From: Mobula hypostoma
Taxonomy: Eukaryota
Reading direction: 5' to 3'
Length of the DNA: 64,000 nt
NCBI RefSeq assembly: GCF_963921235.1
Contig: NC_086101.1
Span: forward strand, 10,852,001-10,916,000
Shown here piece by piece: positions 37,506-49,439 of the stretch. The notes below the pieces were generated by a model. The model was not told where the DNA came from. It worked only from the letters and a program-made list of their open reading frames with translations, and ran no database searches. The position numbers were made by a program, and so were the translations under genes. How positions within the stretch are numbered: the stretch's first letter is position 1; every line of letters starts with the position of its first letter.

Positions 37506-38032
37506 CCAAATTGGGTGGGTTTTTACAACAATCCTGTAAAAATGAAATCGCCACCGTCACTGACGCTGGTGTTTACTTTAAGGTTAGACTTACTTGATAT
37601 TTCAAGTTACATCCTGAGTCGTTGGTGATAAGGTTTGAACTCTTGTGACAGTTTTAATTAACCGGAACTTTTTCTTCCCGCAAAATGGGGAATCAAGAAC
37701 TAATCGGTATAAATTGAGAAGGAAAAGATGTGGCAGGAATTTTCACACAGAGGGTGGTCAGCCATAGGATGTATTTCCCGGGGCAGCAAAAACTAATACG
37801 AAGGGGCATAATTGTAAGGAGATGAGGGGAATGTCAGAGGTAGATTTTTACACAGAGATTGGTGTGGGCGGTGGTAAGGCATAAACATAATGTTGTAAGC
37901 TGAAGTCGCACGTTTCGACCTTCTCAAGGGCAGTCAATGGGCAGTAAACGTTGTTCCTGCTGCCGACGCCCACATTTCGGACACAAATTCTATTGCCGGT
38001 TCCCAGCAATTACGTTTTGTTTCTGCTTTTCC

Positions 38033-38063
38033 TGCAGTACCTGTTTTCAGCAGTAGGCGGCGA
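38033..38063 (+). promoter_or_regulatory. CTCF-like site with upstream motif
   Basis: TGCAGTACC, 8-bp spacer, then GCAGTAGGCGGCGA. Confidence 0.45.
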
Positions 38064-38159
38064 TGCTGCACCGTGAAACTGACCATTGGGCCGCTCGCCA
38101 TCTCCACCCTCTGGTTGAAAGCGGTACTGCAATACACTGAATTTCATAATCTGCATCAG

Positions 38160-38998
38160 CTAGCCATTAAAAAAGAGGATGTGCTGGAGCTTTTGAAAAG
38201 CATTGAGTTAGGTAAGTCAAACACGAGAACACCTGCAGTTGCTGGAAATTCAAGCAACACACACTAAATGCTGGCGGAACGCAGCAGGCGTTAGGTAAAT
38301 CACCGGGACCAGATGAGATATACCCCAGGCTACTGTGGGAAGTGATGGAGGAGATTGCTGAGCCTCTTGTGATGATCTTTGCATCAGCAATAGGGATGGA
38401 AGAAGTACCGGAGGATTGGAGGGTTGCAAATATTGTTCCCTTGTTCAAGAAAGGGAGTAGCGGTAACCCAGGTAATTATAGACCAGTGAGCCTGACTTCA
38501 ATGATGGCGAAGATCCTGAGAGGCAGGATTTATGAGCATTTGGAGAGACAAAATTTGATTACGGATCAGCATGGCTTTTTCAAGGGCAGATCGTGCCTTA
38601 TGAGCCTGATTAAATTATTTGAGGATGTAACAAAACACACTGATGAAGGTAGAGCAGTGGATGTAGTGTATATGGATTTCAGTAAGGTACTTGATAAGGT
38701 TCCCCCGACAAAACTCCTTCAGAAAGTAAGGAAGCATAGGATCCACGGGGACCTTGCTTTATGGATTCAGAAATGGCTTGCCCACAGAAGGCAAAAGGTG
38801 GTTGTAGATGGTGCATATTCTGCACGGAGGTCGATGACCAGTGGTGTTCCACAGGGATCTGATATTGAAGACCCCTCTTCTTTGTAATTTTTGTAAATAA
38901 CCTGGATGAAGAAGTAGAAGGGTGGGTTAGTAAGATGACACAAAGGTTTGGGGTGTTGTGGATAGTCTACAGTGTTGTCAGTGGTTACAGTGGGACCA
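38160..38998 (+). mobile_element. CR1 RT fragment (with a short unrelated repeat insert near 38220-38290)
   Basis: ORF 38342-38887 with NYRPVSLTS, QHGF, DFSK, GVPQG. Confidence 0.88.
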
Positions 38999-39259
38999 CA
39001 GTGCCAAACTAAGATGTCCCATTTACCTGTATATGACCCATATCCATGTCCATATCTAAATATCTTTTAAGTAGACACACAACAAAGAATATAAACAGTA
39101 CAGGCCCTTCAGCTAATGATGTTGCGTAGACGTTTTAACCTGCTCTATGATAAATCTAAGCTTTCTCTCCCACATAGTTCTCCTTTTTCACTCATTCACC
39201 TGATTGAGTCTCTTATATGCCCCTAATGTATCTACCTCTATCAGTACCCTTTCAGAGCA

Positions 39260-39850
39260 TTCCACGCACCCACCACTCTGTGTAATAATCTACTTGTAAC
39301 AACAACCCCAACCCCCGATACTTTTCTCTAGGCTTCTTAAAGTTATGCCCCTTGTATTAGCCATACCGCCCAGGGAAATGCTTCCTATGACAGTTGTGAC
39401 CATCATCTGTGTGAAAAAGCTGTCTGGCTAATTTATCCGGACATAATAGATCAAACCTTATCACTACCGACTCAGGATATAACTACAAATACCAAGTAAA
39501 TTTAGCCTTAAAGTAAATACCGGCATCAGTGTTGGTGGCCATTTCATTCTTACAGGATTGTTGTAAAAACCCATCGGATTCGGGTGGCACTGTAGCCCAG
39601 CAGTTAGTGTAACGATGTTACAACGCCGGTCAATTCCCACTGCTGTCTGTGAGCAGTTTGTATATTCTTCCTGTGCCTGTGTGGGTTTCCCCCTCACTTT
39701 CCAAAGGTGTATGGATTAGGGTTAGTAAATTACGGGCAAGGGATGATGGTGAGACTTGTGGGCGGCCCCCAGCATATCTCAGACAGTGTTGGTCTGAAAC
39801 GACCCACTTCACTGTATGTTTCGATGTACATGTGACAAGCAAAGTTAATC
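39260..39850 (+). repeat. Inverted paralog of ~37207-37870, including a second V-SINE copy (39582-39850)
   Basis: The reverse complement matches the SINE and also its non-SINE flank (TTTTTACAACAATCCTGTAA, TCCTGAGTCG..GTGATAAGGTTTGA, AAGGGGCATAA). Confidence 0.8.
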
Positions 39851-40179
39851 ATCATGATTAAATACATGTTCAGGGGAGGACAGCAGCCTTCCTTACACAA
39901 ACACATTTCAACACACAAACATTGACTTGTCATCCCGCTGTTATTGAACTGAGTGTACGCACTTCAGTGTCATCCCAGTATATTCTCATAATGGGTCCTA
40001 AACTGAGCTCATGGGCCCGGGTTGGATCGATGGTGCCTTTCCCACCATACACGATGGAATATTCTATTTCTTTACTACCAGGGATGTGTATATGTTGTTC
40101 GCTTACTCTAAATAGGATAGGTAATTCTCCTTTCTTTGTAATGTTAGGGGAACCTGAATTATCCCTATGAACAGTGCTT

Positions 40180-40183
<4 letters not shown>

Positions 40184-40259
<76 letters not shown>
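40184..40259. repeat. (GA)n microsatellite
   Basis: Perfect dinucleotide run. Confidence 0.97.
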
Positions 40260-40262
<3 letters not shown>

Positions 40263-40863
40263 AACACTGACATCTTGTTATTAAGAGAGAGAGAGGCGAA
40301 GACTGCTTGGAGATGGTATGATGGTTCCTCTGTAGCGTACTTTACACTTATGCAAGGATACTTCCAGCTTCTGTGTTCCTACAGAGAGAGAAGGGAGGAG
40401 CTACTTGATGGACTGCTGGTGTTCAGAGCAACAGTATTTAAACCAGCGTAATTGCTTGTTTCACAGCACACGCAGATGCACAAGGGTGTGGTGAAGTTAC
40501 CAGTATCCTGTACAGGTGCCCATGAGTGTGGGACTGAGGATCGATTCTGAGGGATCGATCTGTGATTATTAGTGCATGAAAGAGCGACCTTGTGGAGTTC
40601 ACCAGTGTGTCTAACCCTCACCTGGGTTGGTAGACTATCACTCGAAGATGGTGCTCTTACGTTGGTCAAGTTTGGCTAACTTGGAAGTTTTAGAGGACAA
40701 TGGGAAGATTGACGGCATTGGCTCACCTGAAGAACTAAACACCTTTCTCTCTCCATCACTACTCAACTCAATACCATGAACTGAACTGAACTTTACTCAT
40801 CATCGTGAGACTGTATCCAGTTACCCCTAGGCTTGAAGATGCTTGGTTTCTGTATTTACATAC

Positions 40864-43800
40864 TGTTACGTACCCCGTAACTGGGTTGCCAAACCAGCAG
40901 AAATGGATCACTCAGTTGGAGTCTGGAGTACTAGAACTAAGAAAGTTTTATTACAGAAACAAGCAACACAGTAATCGAAAGGATAATAAATGCAACAGTT
41001 CAGTGATGATAAACACACGTGCACAGAATTAAGATAACAGCATCAATCAAGCTCTATCGTTGTCTAGGGGTAAATGACCAATTTCAAAATGACTCAAAGT
41101 TCAGTCCAGTTTAGTAGTTCAGTTCGCAGTAATCGTTGCCATGGCGGTGGACAACGTGGGGGAAGAGAGAGATAGAATAGGAACAACTCATCATTCAGAA
41201 CGGCTTCACTCACAGACCAGCAAGATGGCTCACAGACCAGCGAGATGGTTCACAAACAGCTTTTGGGCGGGTCCTTGGTGATGTCACCTGAGGTCACCGA
41301 CTGTGACCCCTCCTCCAGATGCGGTCGATCCTCTGCAGTGAACCCGGCACCCAGGCAAGGGCGGACACACACCGGGTTCCCGCTGATCGTACCTTTCCAC
41401 CCACTCGTGAGAAGCGTACCGCTTCCAGGGTCTCGTTACCTCGGGTGGCGTGAGTCTGTCTTAGCGAACCTGTCCCTTTTTATCCCCCTGCTGGGGTATC
41501 GCCTGTCCATCACTTCAAACAGTTCAGGGCTCAAAGGGGGGAGCCGCTCCAGACAGCTCTTCCTCCCACATCCCTTCATTACACATCTCCAGACGCTGCT
41601 CCATTGTTCCTTATCTCTCCTTCCCCTGAGGGCAGGTGGCAGACCAACTGCTGATGCCACTGATGCTAGCCCAGGCCGGCAAACATCTTAATTTTATGTG
41701 TATTCTCGTAACACTTCCCCCCTTTAAGGATTTTTACCGGGAGGTAAAAATTACAAACATGACTACATTATCTGATACATACACAATATACATCTTTAAC
41801 AGTTATTTAGCTAATACAGAGAATTTGAAGCTGTCAACACCTTGACAGACAGTCATCACATTTTCTGTTCCTTTTACACGTGTTATTAATAATCCCTTAG
41901 ACCAGGCTCCAACTCAGCAAACTTCATAGTGGCCAAAAACACTGATGAATTGCGACCAATGTAACCTCTCATTTGGTTTTGTCCCGGACCACAACAACAA
42001 GGGTCGTCCCATTCCGACTCAATTTTCCCTCCCAAGGGCTTAGTAGGAGGGGGACGGGTATTGACCGCAGAGTTATTGCAAAACTTCCTGCAGTACCCCA
42101 CCATCTCCAAGAGCCTTCTGAGGGCCCTCTTGTCTGTCGGGGTTGGGAGGTCAGCGATAGCCTGCACTGTAGCTTGCATCACTGCCAGCTGCCCCTGTGT
42201 CACCACAATTCCCAGGTAAGTGACTCTCGTGTGGCCGAATTCATTTTTTCCAAGGCTCACTATCACGCTGGCTTCAGACAGCCGTATTAAATTGCCAATA
42301 CACACCTCTGTGTTCATCAGCCCTTTAGTCACTGAATTACTCAAAAAATATGGGTGTTGTTCACTTGGCCGCCCTATTGTAACCGACATAACCCAACGTC
42401 CCAGTTCTTTGCATTTCCTCGGGACAATCAAACACATGGGTGCGAGTCGTTTAATTACTCCTTCGGGGATTAAGGGAGAGACCTTATCAGTAGACCTGGC
42501 CAAAACAATAGCCTTCTCCCATCTGACCGATCCCATCCTAATCTTTTCAAAATGGTTTTTTCCTCTTATCAGGGGGCCCCTAGCTTCATTGATTTCCACG
42601 CTAACACCGACTAGGTTTGTTAGCATATCAAAAGCCGGTGACCGTCTCAGTTCGCGTCGGTCATGATCAATAACATTTTTCCCCCTGGGCAGCCGGTAAC
42701 TCTCTTTCATGATTCCACCAACTGTTTCCTCCAGCACCGCAAAATGTCCACCGGGGGGTACCTCGTGGGCCATGTTAAAAACCTCATCCCCGTAACTCTT
42801 TTGCACCACCCCCCACTCCTCATCTGCGGATGCTGTACTTGATTTCCCTTTCTTCCTTAGCACTTCCTCATCCGCACAATAGCTTGTCAAGGCTGTGTCA
42901 GAGAGAGCGGTCTCGGCAAAAACCATCAGCCCCTCGTCTCGCTCCTGCGTCTGCACAAATTCTTTCCTGGCTACTGCTACGTCCGTCCCAGCTCCCTCAC
43001 TACCTCTTATCTCACTACACCCTGTCTCATACAAGGTTGGCAGAAATGTTTCAGCCAAATTCACCATCGCGGGCGGGGCCTCCATGCTGGCAGGCTGACC
43101 CGTCAATCTCACGACTGGGAACACGATTCCTCCGGCGATGTCATTACCGAGCAAGACTTCCACGTCTTTCATCGGTAATTCGGACCTCACCCCGATCGTG
43201 ACTAGTCCAGAGACCAGGTTGCTCTGTAAATGTATCTGGTGCAAAGGGACTGACTCTGTCCCTTCCCCAACACCTTTGACCTCTACCTCCCCAGTCTGGG
43301 TCTCTGAGCTAAACTCTAATACACTCTTCAGTATTAGTGACTGACACGCTCCCGTGTCTCTCCAGATCCGCACTGGAACTGGTTTTAACCTCTTTTTCAT
43401 TGACACCAGTCCGGCCGAGATAAACCTCTCGCGCCCTTCCTGGACTTTTTCAGACCTGTCCTTCCCTAGCGGTTCGCTTAACAGCTCGATACAGCCATTC
43501 AAAATTTCCGCTTTTCCTTTCCCCGTCTCCTTCCTTGGGGCAAAGCACCTGGACGCAAAGTGTCCGACTTTCCCACAATTATAACAGACGACCCCAGGAG
43601 ACTTCCTACCAGGCTGCTCCCGGTCTACCTTATCCTTTTCACTAGTCCCCGGCTTACTTTCTGACTTTTCCGGCGGACTCTCCCCGCCGTCCTGACTACC
43701 CTTCTGGTAGCCTTTACTCGGGGCAACCTTCATTTTATGTGTCAACGCATACTCATCCGCTAACTTAGCAGTTGCGGCTAACGTGGCTGCCTCTTTCTCA

Positions 43801-45665
43801 TCGAGGTAGGGTCTCATACCCTCAGGGACACAACCTTTAAACTGCTCAATCAGAACCAGTTGCAGCAGTCTGTCATAATCCCCCTCTACCCCTTTCGAGG
43901 CGCACCAACGCTCACAATATGTTTGCATCTCACGAGCAAACTCCAAATACGTGCGGTCCCACCGCTTCCTCGCATTCCGGAACCTCTGCCGGTATGCCTC
44001 CGGGACCAACTCATAAATCCTGAGGATGGCCTCCTTCACCACCTCATACTTCTGGGCATCTTCCGCGGATAAGGCGGAGTAAGCTTGTTGGGCCTTCCCT
44101 TTCAGTACACTCTGAAGTAAGACAACCCACTTATCCCTCGGCCATTCCTGACTTATAGCTACTTTTTCGAAGTGGAGAAAGTACCGATCCACATCGGTAT
44201 CGTCAAATGGGGGAACCAGCCTAACCTCCTGGGTCGCCCGGAACCCTCCACCTTGGTTCGGCACGAGCCCCTGCTCGGCCCTTATCTTTAACTTCTCCAG
44301 CTCAAATTCCCTTTCCCTCTGTTTCTCCTCTCTCTCCAACTGTCTTTCTCTCTCTTGCCTTTCTACCTCTTTCTCTCTCTCCCGCCTTTCTAACTGTCTC
44401 TCCTGCCTTTCTAACTGCTTCTCTTCGTGTTCTAACTGCCGTACCCGGAACTCGTGCTCGAGTCTCAGTTTTTCAAGCTGTACCTGTACCGCGTCTCCAG
44501 CAGGTTTTTCAATAGACACCTCCCCCAGCTCACCTTGGGGAAACACACCTTTAGATACATAGTGCTCTACAATAGCTCTGTGTATCTCCTCTCTCCTCAT
44601 TGTCGACTTCACCTTAGAAAGATTCAACCGTTTGGCCACAGCTAACAATTCCGATTTCCTGGCATCCTCTAATGCCTCCAAGGTCGGCGCCTTTATAAAT
44701 TCCTCAACCTCCATTTCTGCTGTTTGTCTTTTCTTTCTTTCGGGAATTTTAACCCAATCAATTTACTCCGTCCCAAATTTAGCGTTCAAAATCGCGGACG
44801 AGAACCCCACTTATGTTACGTACCCCGTAACTGGGTTGCCAAACCAGCAGAAATGGATCACTCAGTTGGAGTCTGGAGTACTAGAACTAAGAAAGTTTTA
44901 TTACAGAAACAAGCAACACAGTAATCGAAAGGATAATAAATGCAACAGTTCAGTGATGATAAACACACATGTGCACAGAATTAAGATAACAGCATCAATC
45001 AAGCTCTATCGTTGTCTAGGGGTAAATGACCAATTTCAAAATGACTCAAAGTTCAGTCCAGTTTAGTAGTTCAGTTCGCAGTAATCGTTGCCATGGCGGT
45101 GGACAACGTGGGGGAAGAGAGAGATAGAATAGGAACAACTGATCATTCAGAACGGCTTCACTCACAGACCAGCAAGATGGCTCACAGACCAGCGAGATGG
45201 TTCACAAACAGCTTTTGGGCGGGTCCTTGGTGATGTCACCTGAGGTCACCGACTGTGACCCCTCCTCCAGATGCGGTCGATCCTCTGCAGTGAACCCGGC
45301 ACCCAGGCAAGGGCGGACACACACCGGGTTCCCGCTGATCGTACCTTTCCACCCACTCGTGAGAAGCGTACCGCTTCCAGGGTCTCGTTACCTCGGGTGG
45401 CGTGAGTCTGTCTTAGCGAACCTGTCCCTTTTTATCCCCCTGCTGGGGTATCGCCTGTCCATCACTTCAAACAGTTCAGGGCTCAAAGGGGGGAGCCGCT
45501 CCAGACAGCTCTTCCTCCCACATCCCTTCATTACACATCTCCAGACGCTGCTCCATTGTTCCTTATCTCTCCTTCCCCTGAGGGCAGGTGGCAGACCAAC
45601 TGCTGATGCCACTGATGCTAGCCCAGGCCGGCAAACATCTTAATTTTATGTGTATTCTCGTAACA
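40864..45665 (-). mobile_element. Young non-autonomous Gmr1-like Ty3/Gypsy LTR retrotransposon (4.8 kb)
   Basis: LTRs at 40864-41713 and 44814-45665 (TGTTACG...CGTAACA), ATAC TSD (40860-40863, 45666-45669), PPT at 41714-41726, tRNA-Pro-like PBS at about 44784-44809. Confidence 0.96.
41886..44714 (-). CDS. 942-aa Gag(SCAN-like capsid, CCHC)-protease polyprotein with vestigial IN/RT segments
   Basis: Uninterrupted ORF: PEAYRQRFR/LIEQF SCAN-like capsid, CYNCGKVGHFASRC, RDTGA protease, AHE..GGH IN fragment, RT-thumb-like VTYLG...GYCRKF. No YxDD motif and no DDE core. Confidence 0.9.
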   Translation of the reverse strand: MEVEEFIKAPTLEALEDARKSELLAVAKRLNLSKVKSTMRREEIHRAIVEHYVSKGVFPQGELGEVSIEKPAGDAVQVQLEKLRLEHEFRVRQLEHEEKQLERQERQLERREREKEVERQERERQLEREEKQREREFELEKLKIRAEQGLVPNQGGGFRATQEVRLVPPFDDTDVDRYFLHFEKVAISQEWPRDKWVVLLQSVLKGKAQQAYSALSAEDAQKYEVVKEAILRIYELVPEAYRQRFRNARKRWDRTYLEFAREMQTYCERWCASKGVEGDYDRLLQLVLIEQFKGCVPEGMRPYLDEKEAATLAATAKLADEYALTHKMKVAPSKGYQKGSQDGGESPPEKSESKPGTSEKDKVDREQPGRKSPGVVCYNCGKVGHFASRCFAPRKETGKGKAEILNGCIELLSEPLGKDRSEKVQEGRERFISAGLVSMKKRLKPVPVRIWRDTGACQSLILKSVLEFSSETQTGEVEVKGVGEGTESVPLHQIHLQSNLVSGLVTIGVRSELPMKDVEVLLGNDIAGGIVFPVVRLTGQPASMEAPPAMVNLAETFLPTLYETGCSEIRGSEGAGTDVAVARKEFVQTQERDEGLMVFAETALSDTALTSYCADEEVLRKKGKSSTASADEEWGVVQKSYGDEVFNMAHEVPPGGHFAVLEETVGGIMKESYRLPRGKNVIDHDRRELRRSPAFDMLTNLVGVSVEINEARGPLIRGKNHFEKIRMGSVRWEKAIVLARSTDKVSPLIPEGVIKRLAPMCLIVPRKCKELGRWVMSVTIGRPSEQHPYFLSNSVTKGLMNTEVCIGNLIRLSEASVIVSLGKNEFGHTRVTYLGIVVTQGQLAVMQATVQAIADLPTPTDKRALRRLLEMVGYCRKFCNNSAVNTRPPPTKPLGGKIESEWDDPCCCGPGQNQMRGYIGRNSSVFLATMKFAELEPGLRDY

Positions 45666-46479
45666 ATACACACACACACACACACATATATTTGTTTGAT
45701 GTATCTGATTTTATATTACTGTATTGCGTGGTTACTAATAAAAGAGTATCACTTAATAGCAATACCAGACCCCAAAGTGTTTTCCAAATCTGCTGGATCT
45801 TTAACCCGTCATGGGGTATGTGACAGTAATATGATTGTAACTATATTGTGGGGTGCGTCCTACTCTAATCCAGATTTATTCTTAGTCATCTTTGTGGGTA
45901 ATTAACGATGTCATGTCCTGGTGCCTAATAAAGAGGGCTCATCGCTCCCTGTCGAAGAGGAAGAGCGAGGCTGCGAGGAGTTCACACTTGGCAACATACA
46001 GAGCTATTGTCCTGTTTTCTGGTGGATATATTTTCTCTATTTTATCGAATGCTTGTCAGTTTGATTTTTGTCGCACATAATAAACACACTTGCCCTAAAG
46101 TGCGAAGCGAATCCGCCACATTTCCTTTGGGCAAACCCACGTATCTAACAGCTGTACTTTGAGAGCACTTTCGTGACTTTCCCAGTTTGCTGCAGATTCT
46201 ACAAGAGAAATGAAGGCAGAGTCGGTGATTGCCGGGATCAGTGGGGTCCAGAGACCGCAAGAGTCCAGGGGTCTAAGCCGGAGCTCGGATTCCAGGGATT
46301 GGCAAGCTTGGAAATCGAGGCCTGAAGATCGAAGACCGAAGCAGGTGAGTCTGGAAATCAAAGCTCAATATTCGCGATTCTGTGCGGCCGGGGTCAAGGA
46401 CTCGAGTCGGAGGCTTGGAGGCGCCCTGTCCTAGGTTTGAGGGTCACTCTGTGTGCGCGTAGGGGGTGGTACCTCATTT

Positions 46480-48690
46480 ACACCATAAGACCAAAAGAGA
46501 CAGGAGCAGAATTAGGCTATCGAGTCTGCTCCGCCATTCCATCACGCCCGATCCCAGATGCCACTCAATCCCATACAGCTGCCTTCTCGCCATATACTTT
46601 GATGCCTTGACCGATCAGGAAATGATCAACTTCCGCCTTAAAGATACCAATAGACTTGGCCACCACCGCAGACTGTGGCGAGCATTCTATGGATTCACTG
46701 CTCTCTGGAGAAGAAAGCATCCTTACCTCTGTTCCAAAAGGTTCTCCCTCAATTTTGAGTCTGTGTCCTCTAGTTCTGGATACTCCCACCATTACAAACA
46801 TCCTCTCCACATCCACCTTATCTAGTCCTTTCAACATTCGGTAGGTATCAATGAGATTCCCCCTTCCCCCACATTCTTCTAAATTCCAGTGAGGACAAGC
46901 CCACAGCGGCCAAACGCTCTTCATATGTTAACCCCTTCATTCCCGGAATCATCCTTGTCAATCTCCTCTGGAGTCTCTCAAATGCCAACACATTCCTTCT
47001 GAGATATAGGGCCCAAAACTGTTGACAATACTCCAAGTGCGGCCTGACTAGTGTCTTATAAATGCTCAGCATTATCTCCTTGCTTTTATATTCTACTTGA
47101 AATAAATGCCAACATTGCATTTGCCTTCTTTACCACAGACTGAACCAGTAAACTAACCTTCTGGGAGTCTTACATGAAGACTCCTAAGTCCCTCTGCACC
47201 TCTGATGTATGACCCTTCACCCATTTAGATAATAGTCCATATGATTGTTCCTTTTACCAAAATACATTATAGTGCATTTTTCCCAACACTGTATTCCATC
47301 TGCCACATTTTTGCCCATTCTTCTAATCTGTCTATGTTCTGCTGCACCACCTACCCCTCCATCTACCTTCGTATCATCTGCAAACTTTGCCACAAAGCCA
47401 TCAAATCCATTATCCAAATCATTCACAAACAACGTGAGAAGTAGCGGTCCCAATACTGACCCCTGAGGAACACCACTAGTCACTGGCAGCCAACCAGAAT
47501 GGCCCTCTTTATTCCCACTCACTGCCTCCTGCCGGCCTGTCAGCCAATCCTCTACCCATGCTAGTATCTTTCCTGTAACACCATAGTGTTCTATCTTGTT
47601 AAGCAGCCTCATGTGAGGCACCTTATCAAATGCCTTCTGAAAATGCAAGTAAATGACATCCTTGCCCTTTCCTTTGTCCATCCTGCTTGTTACTTCCTTG
47701 AAGAATTCTAACACATTTGCCAGGCAAGACTTCCCTTCACAGAAACCGTCCTGACTTTCACTTACTTCATGCATCTTTAGTCTGCAAGTACCTGAACCCT
47801 CATCTTTAATAAATTCCAACACTTTCCCAACTACCGAGGTTAGACTAACTGGCCTACAATTTCCTTTCTTTTGCCTTCCTCCCTTCTTAAAGAGTGGAGT
47901 GAAATTTGGAATTTTCCAGTCCTCTGAAACATTGCCAGAATCAAGTGATTCTGGAAAGATCATGACCAATGCATCCGTTGTCTCTTCAGCAACCTCTCAG
48001 GACTCTGGGATGTAGTCCATCTGCTCCAGGTGTCTCATCCACCTTAAGATCTTTGGGTTTGCCTCGCACTTTTTCCTTTACAATAGCAATGGTACTCATT
48101 CCTGCTCCCTTACACACACGAACCTCTGCCGCACTGCTAGCGTCTTCCAGAGTGAAAATTGATGTAAAGTACCCATGAAGTTGATCTACTATTTCTTTTT
48201 CCCCCATTACTACCTCACCAGCTACATGTTTCAGTTGTCCAATATCACCTCTCACTTCCCTTTTACTCTTTATATAACTGAAAAAAATACAATTGGCTAG
48301 TTTGCCCTTATATTTCATCTTTTCCCTTCTTATAGTTTTTTGTTGCCTTTTGTTGGATTTTAAAATCTTCCTAATCAGCCTTTTGAGACCTTGTATGCCC
48401 TTTCCTTGGCTATTATGCAGTACTTGACCTCCCTTATCAGCCACCGTTGCCTAGCCCTGCCATTTGAGAACAACTTCTTCTGTGAGACATAGCTATCCCA
48501 CGCTCTGTGAACTATTTACAGAAAATTCAGCCACCTCTGCTCTGCCGTCATCCGACCAATACCCTCCTCCAATCCAACTGGGCAGGCTCCTCTTTCATGC
48601 CTCTAGAATTCTCTTTATTCCATCGCGATACTGATAAATGTGATTTATGCTTCTACCTCTCAAACTGCAGTATGAATTCGCTTTATTTTG
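46480..48690 (-). mobile_element. Degraded CR1 ORF2 plus 3' UTR
   Basis: [21 protein letters not shown] and YCQQFW motifs. Confidence 0.9.
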
Positions 48691-48763
48691 GACAGCTGGT
48701 GGGCAGTAAATGTTAATTCTTGTCCCTGTTCCAGTCGAGTTTCAGCATTTTCTCTGCTCTTCC

Positions 48764-48794
48764 TGCAGTACCGGTTTCCAGCAGCAGGTGGGGA
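48764..48794 (+). promoter_or_regulatory. CTCF-like site within a segment paralogous to 37935-38155
   Basis: TGCAGTACC, 8-bp spacer, then GCAGCAGGTGGGGA. Confidence 0.4.
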
Positions 48795-49439
48795 TCCTGC
48801 ACCGTCAAACTGCACAGACCTTTGCGCCACTTGCAATCCTCATCGTCTGGTTGAATCGCCACTACGATGAACTGAACTTCCTCAAATTAAATTTCTGCGA
48901 GACTCAGTCGATCAAGCAATATCAGTGGAGACAAAGAGATGACCGAGATCATGATTCCGGAGGAAATTAGGCTGCACTGCCGGAGTCCAGCATCTGCAAA
49001 GATTCAAAGTACTTTTATTATCTGAGTATGTTGCAGTATACGATCCTGGGGTTCGTCGTCCCGCAGACAGCCACAAAACCAAGAAACACTTCAAGTTTCG
49101 TCTCTGCGTTGCCTCCAACCTGACGGCATGAACTTCGATTTCTCTAAAGGTCCACTCTCCCCTCCTATCAGATGTGTTTTTCTTCAGCCCCTTCAGAAGG
49201 AAATTAGGCTGCACTCCTATCTGTGTCTCGAATCAGAAGCTTGAAGAACCAAAACAAAACAGAAAATACTTGAAACCAGCAGCAGGACAGGCAGCTTTGG
49301 AACCAATTCCGGGAGAAGTCATCGATATGGAACGCAAGCTCCGTTCCTCTCTCCAGGATCCTGACTGACCTGCTTTGTTTTTCCTTCATTTCCTATGTAT
49401 AAAATGAGTCCCAAATCGAATATTTTATTCAATGCAGAG

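Larger units (their letters stand above)
40142..45825 (+). mobile_element. Older solo LTR (40142-40863 plus 45670-45825), split by the younger element
   Basis: TG...CA ends with a GTAA 4-bp TSD (40138-40141, 45826-45829) and AATAAA near 45737. Its 3' end is homologous to the reverse complement of the young LTR. Confidence 0.7.

Noticed and set aside
41245..41691. Identical 148-aa ORF also present at 45197-45643
   Set aside because: The identity only reflects the two LTRs; no recognisable domain, and it is antisense to the element.
41886..44714. Domesticated host SCAN/Gag gene
   Set aside because: It is flanked by near-identical LTRs, PBS, PPT and TSD, so it is a recent TE insertion.
45900..46465. 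CpG-containing segment as a promoter or first exon
   Set aside because: No ORF, splice pattern or motif I can support; more likely a TE-derived leader, left unannotated.
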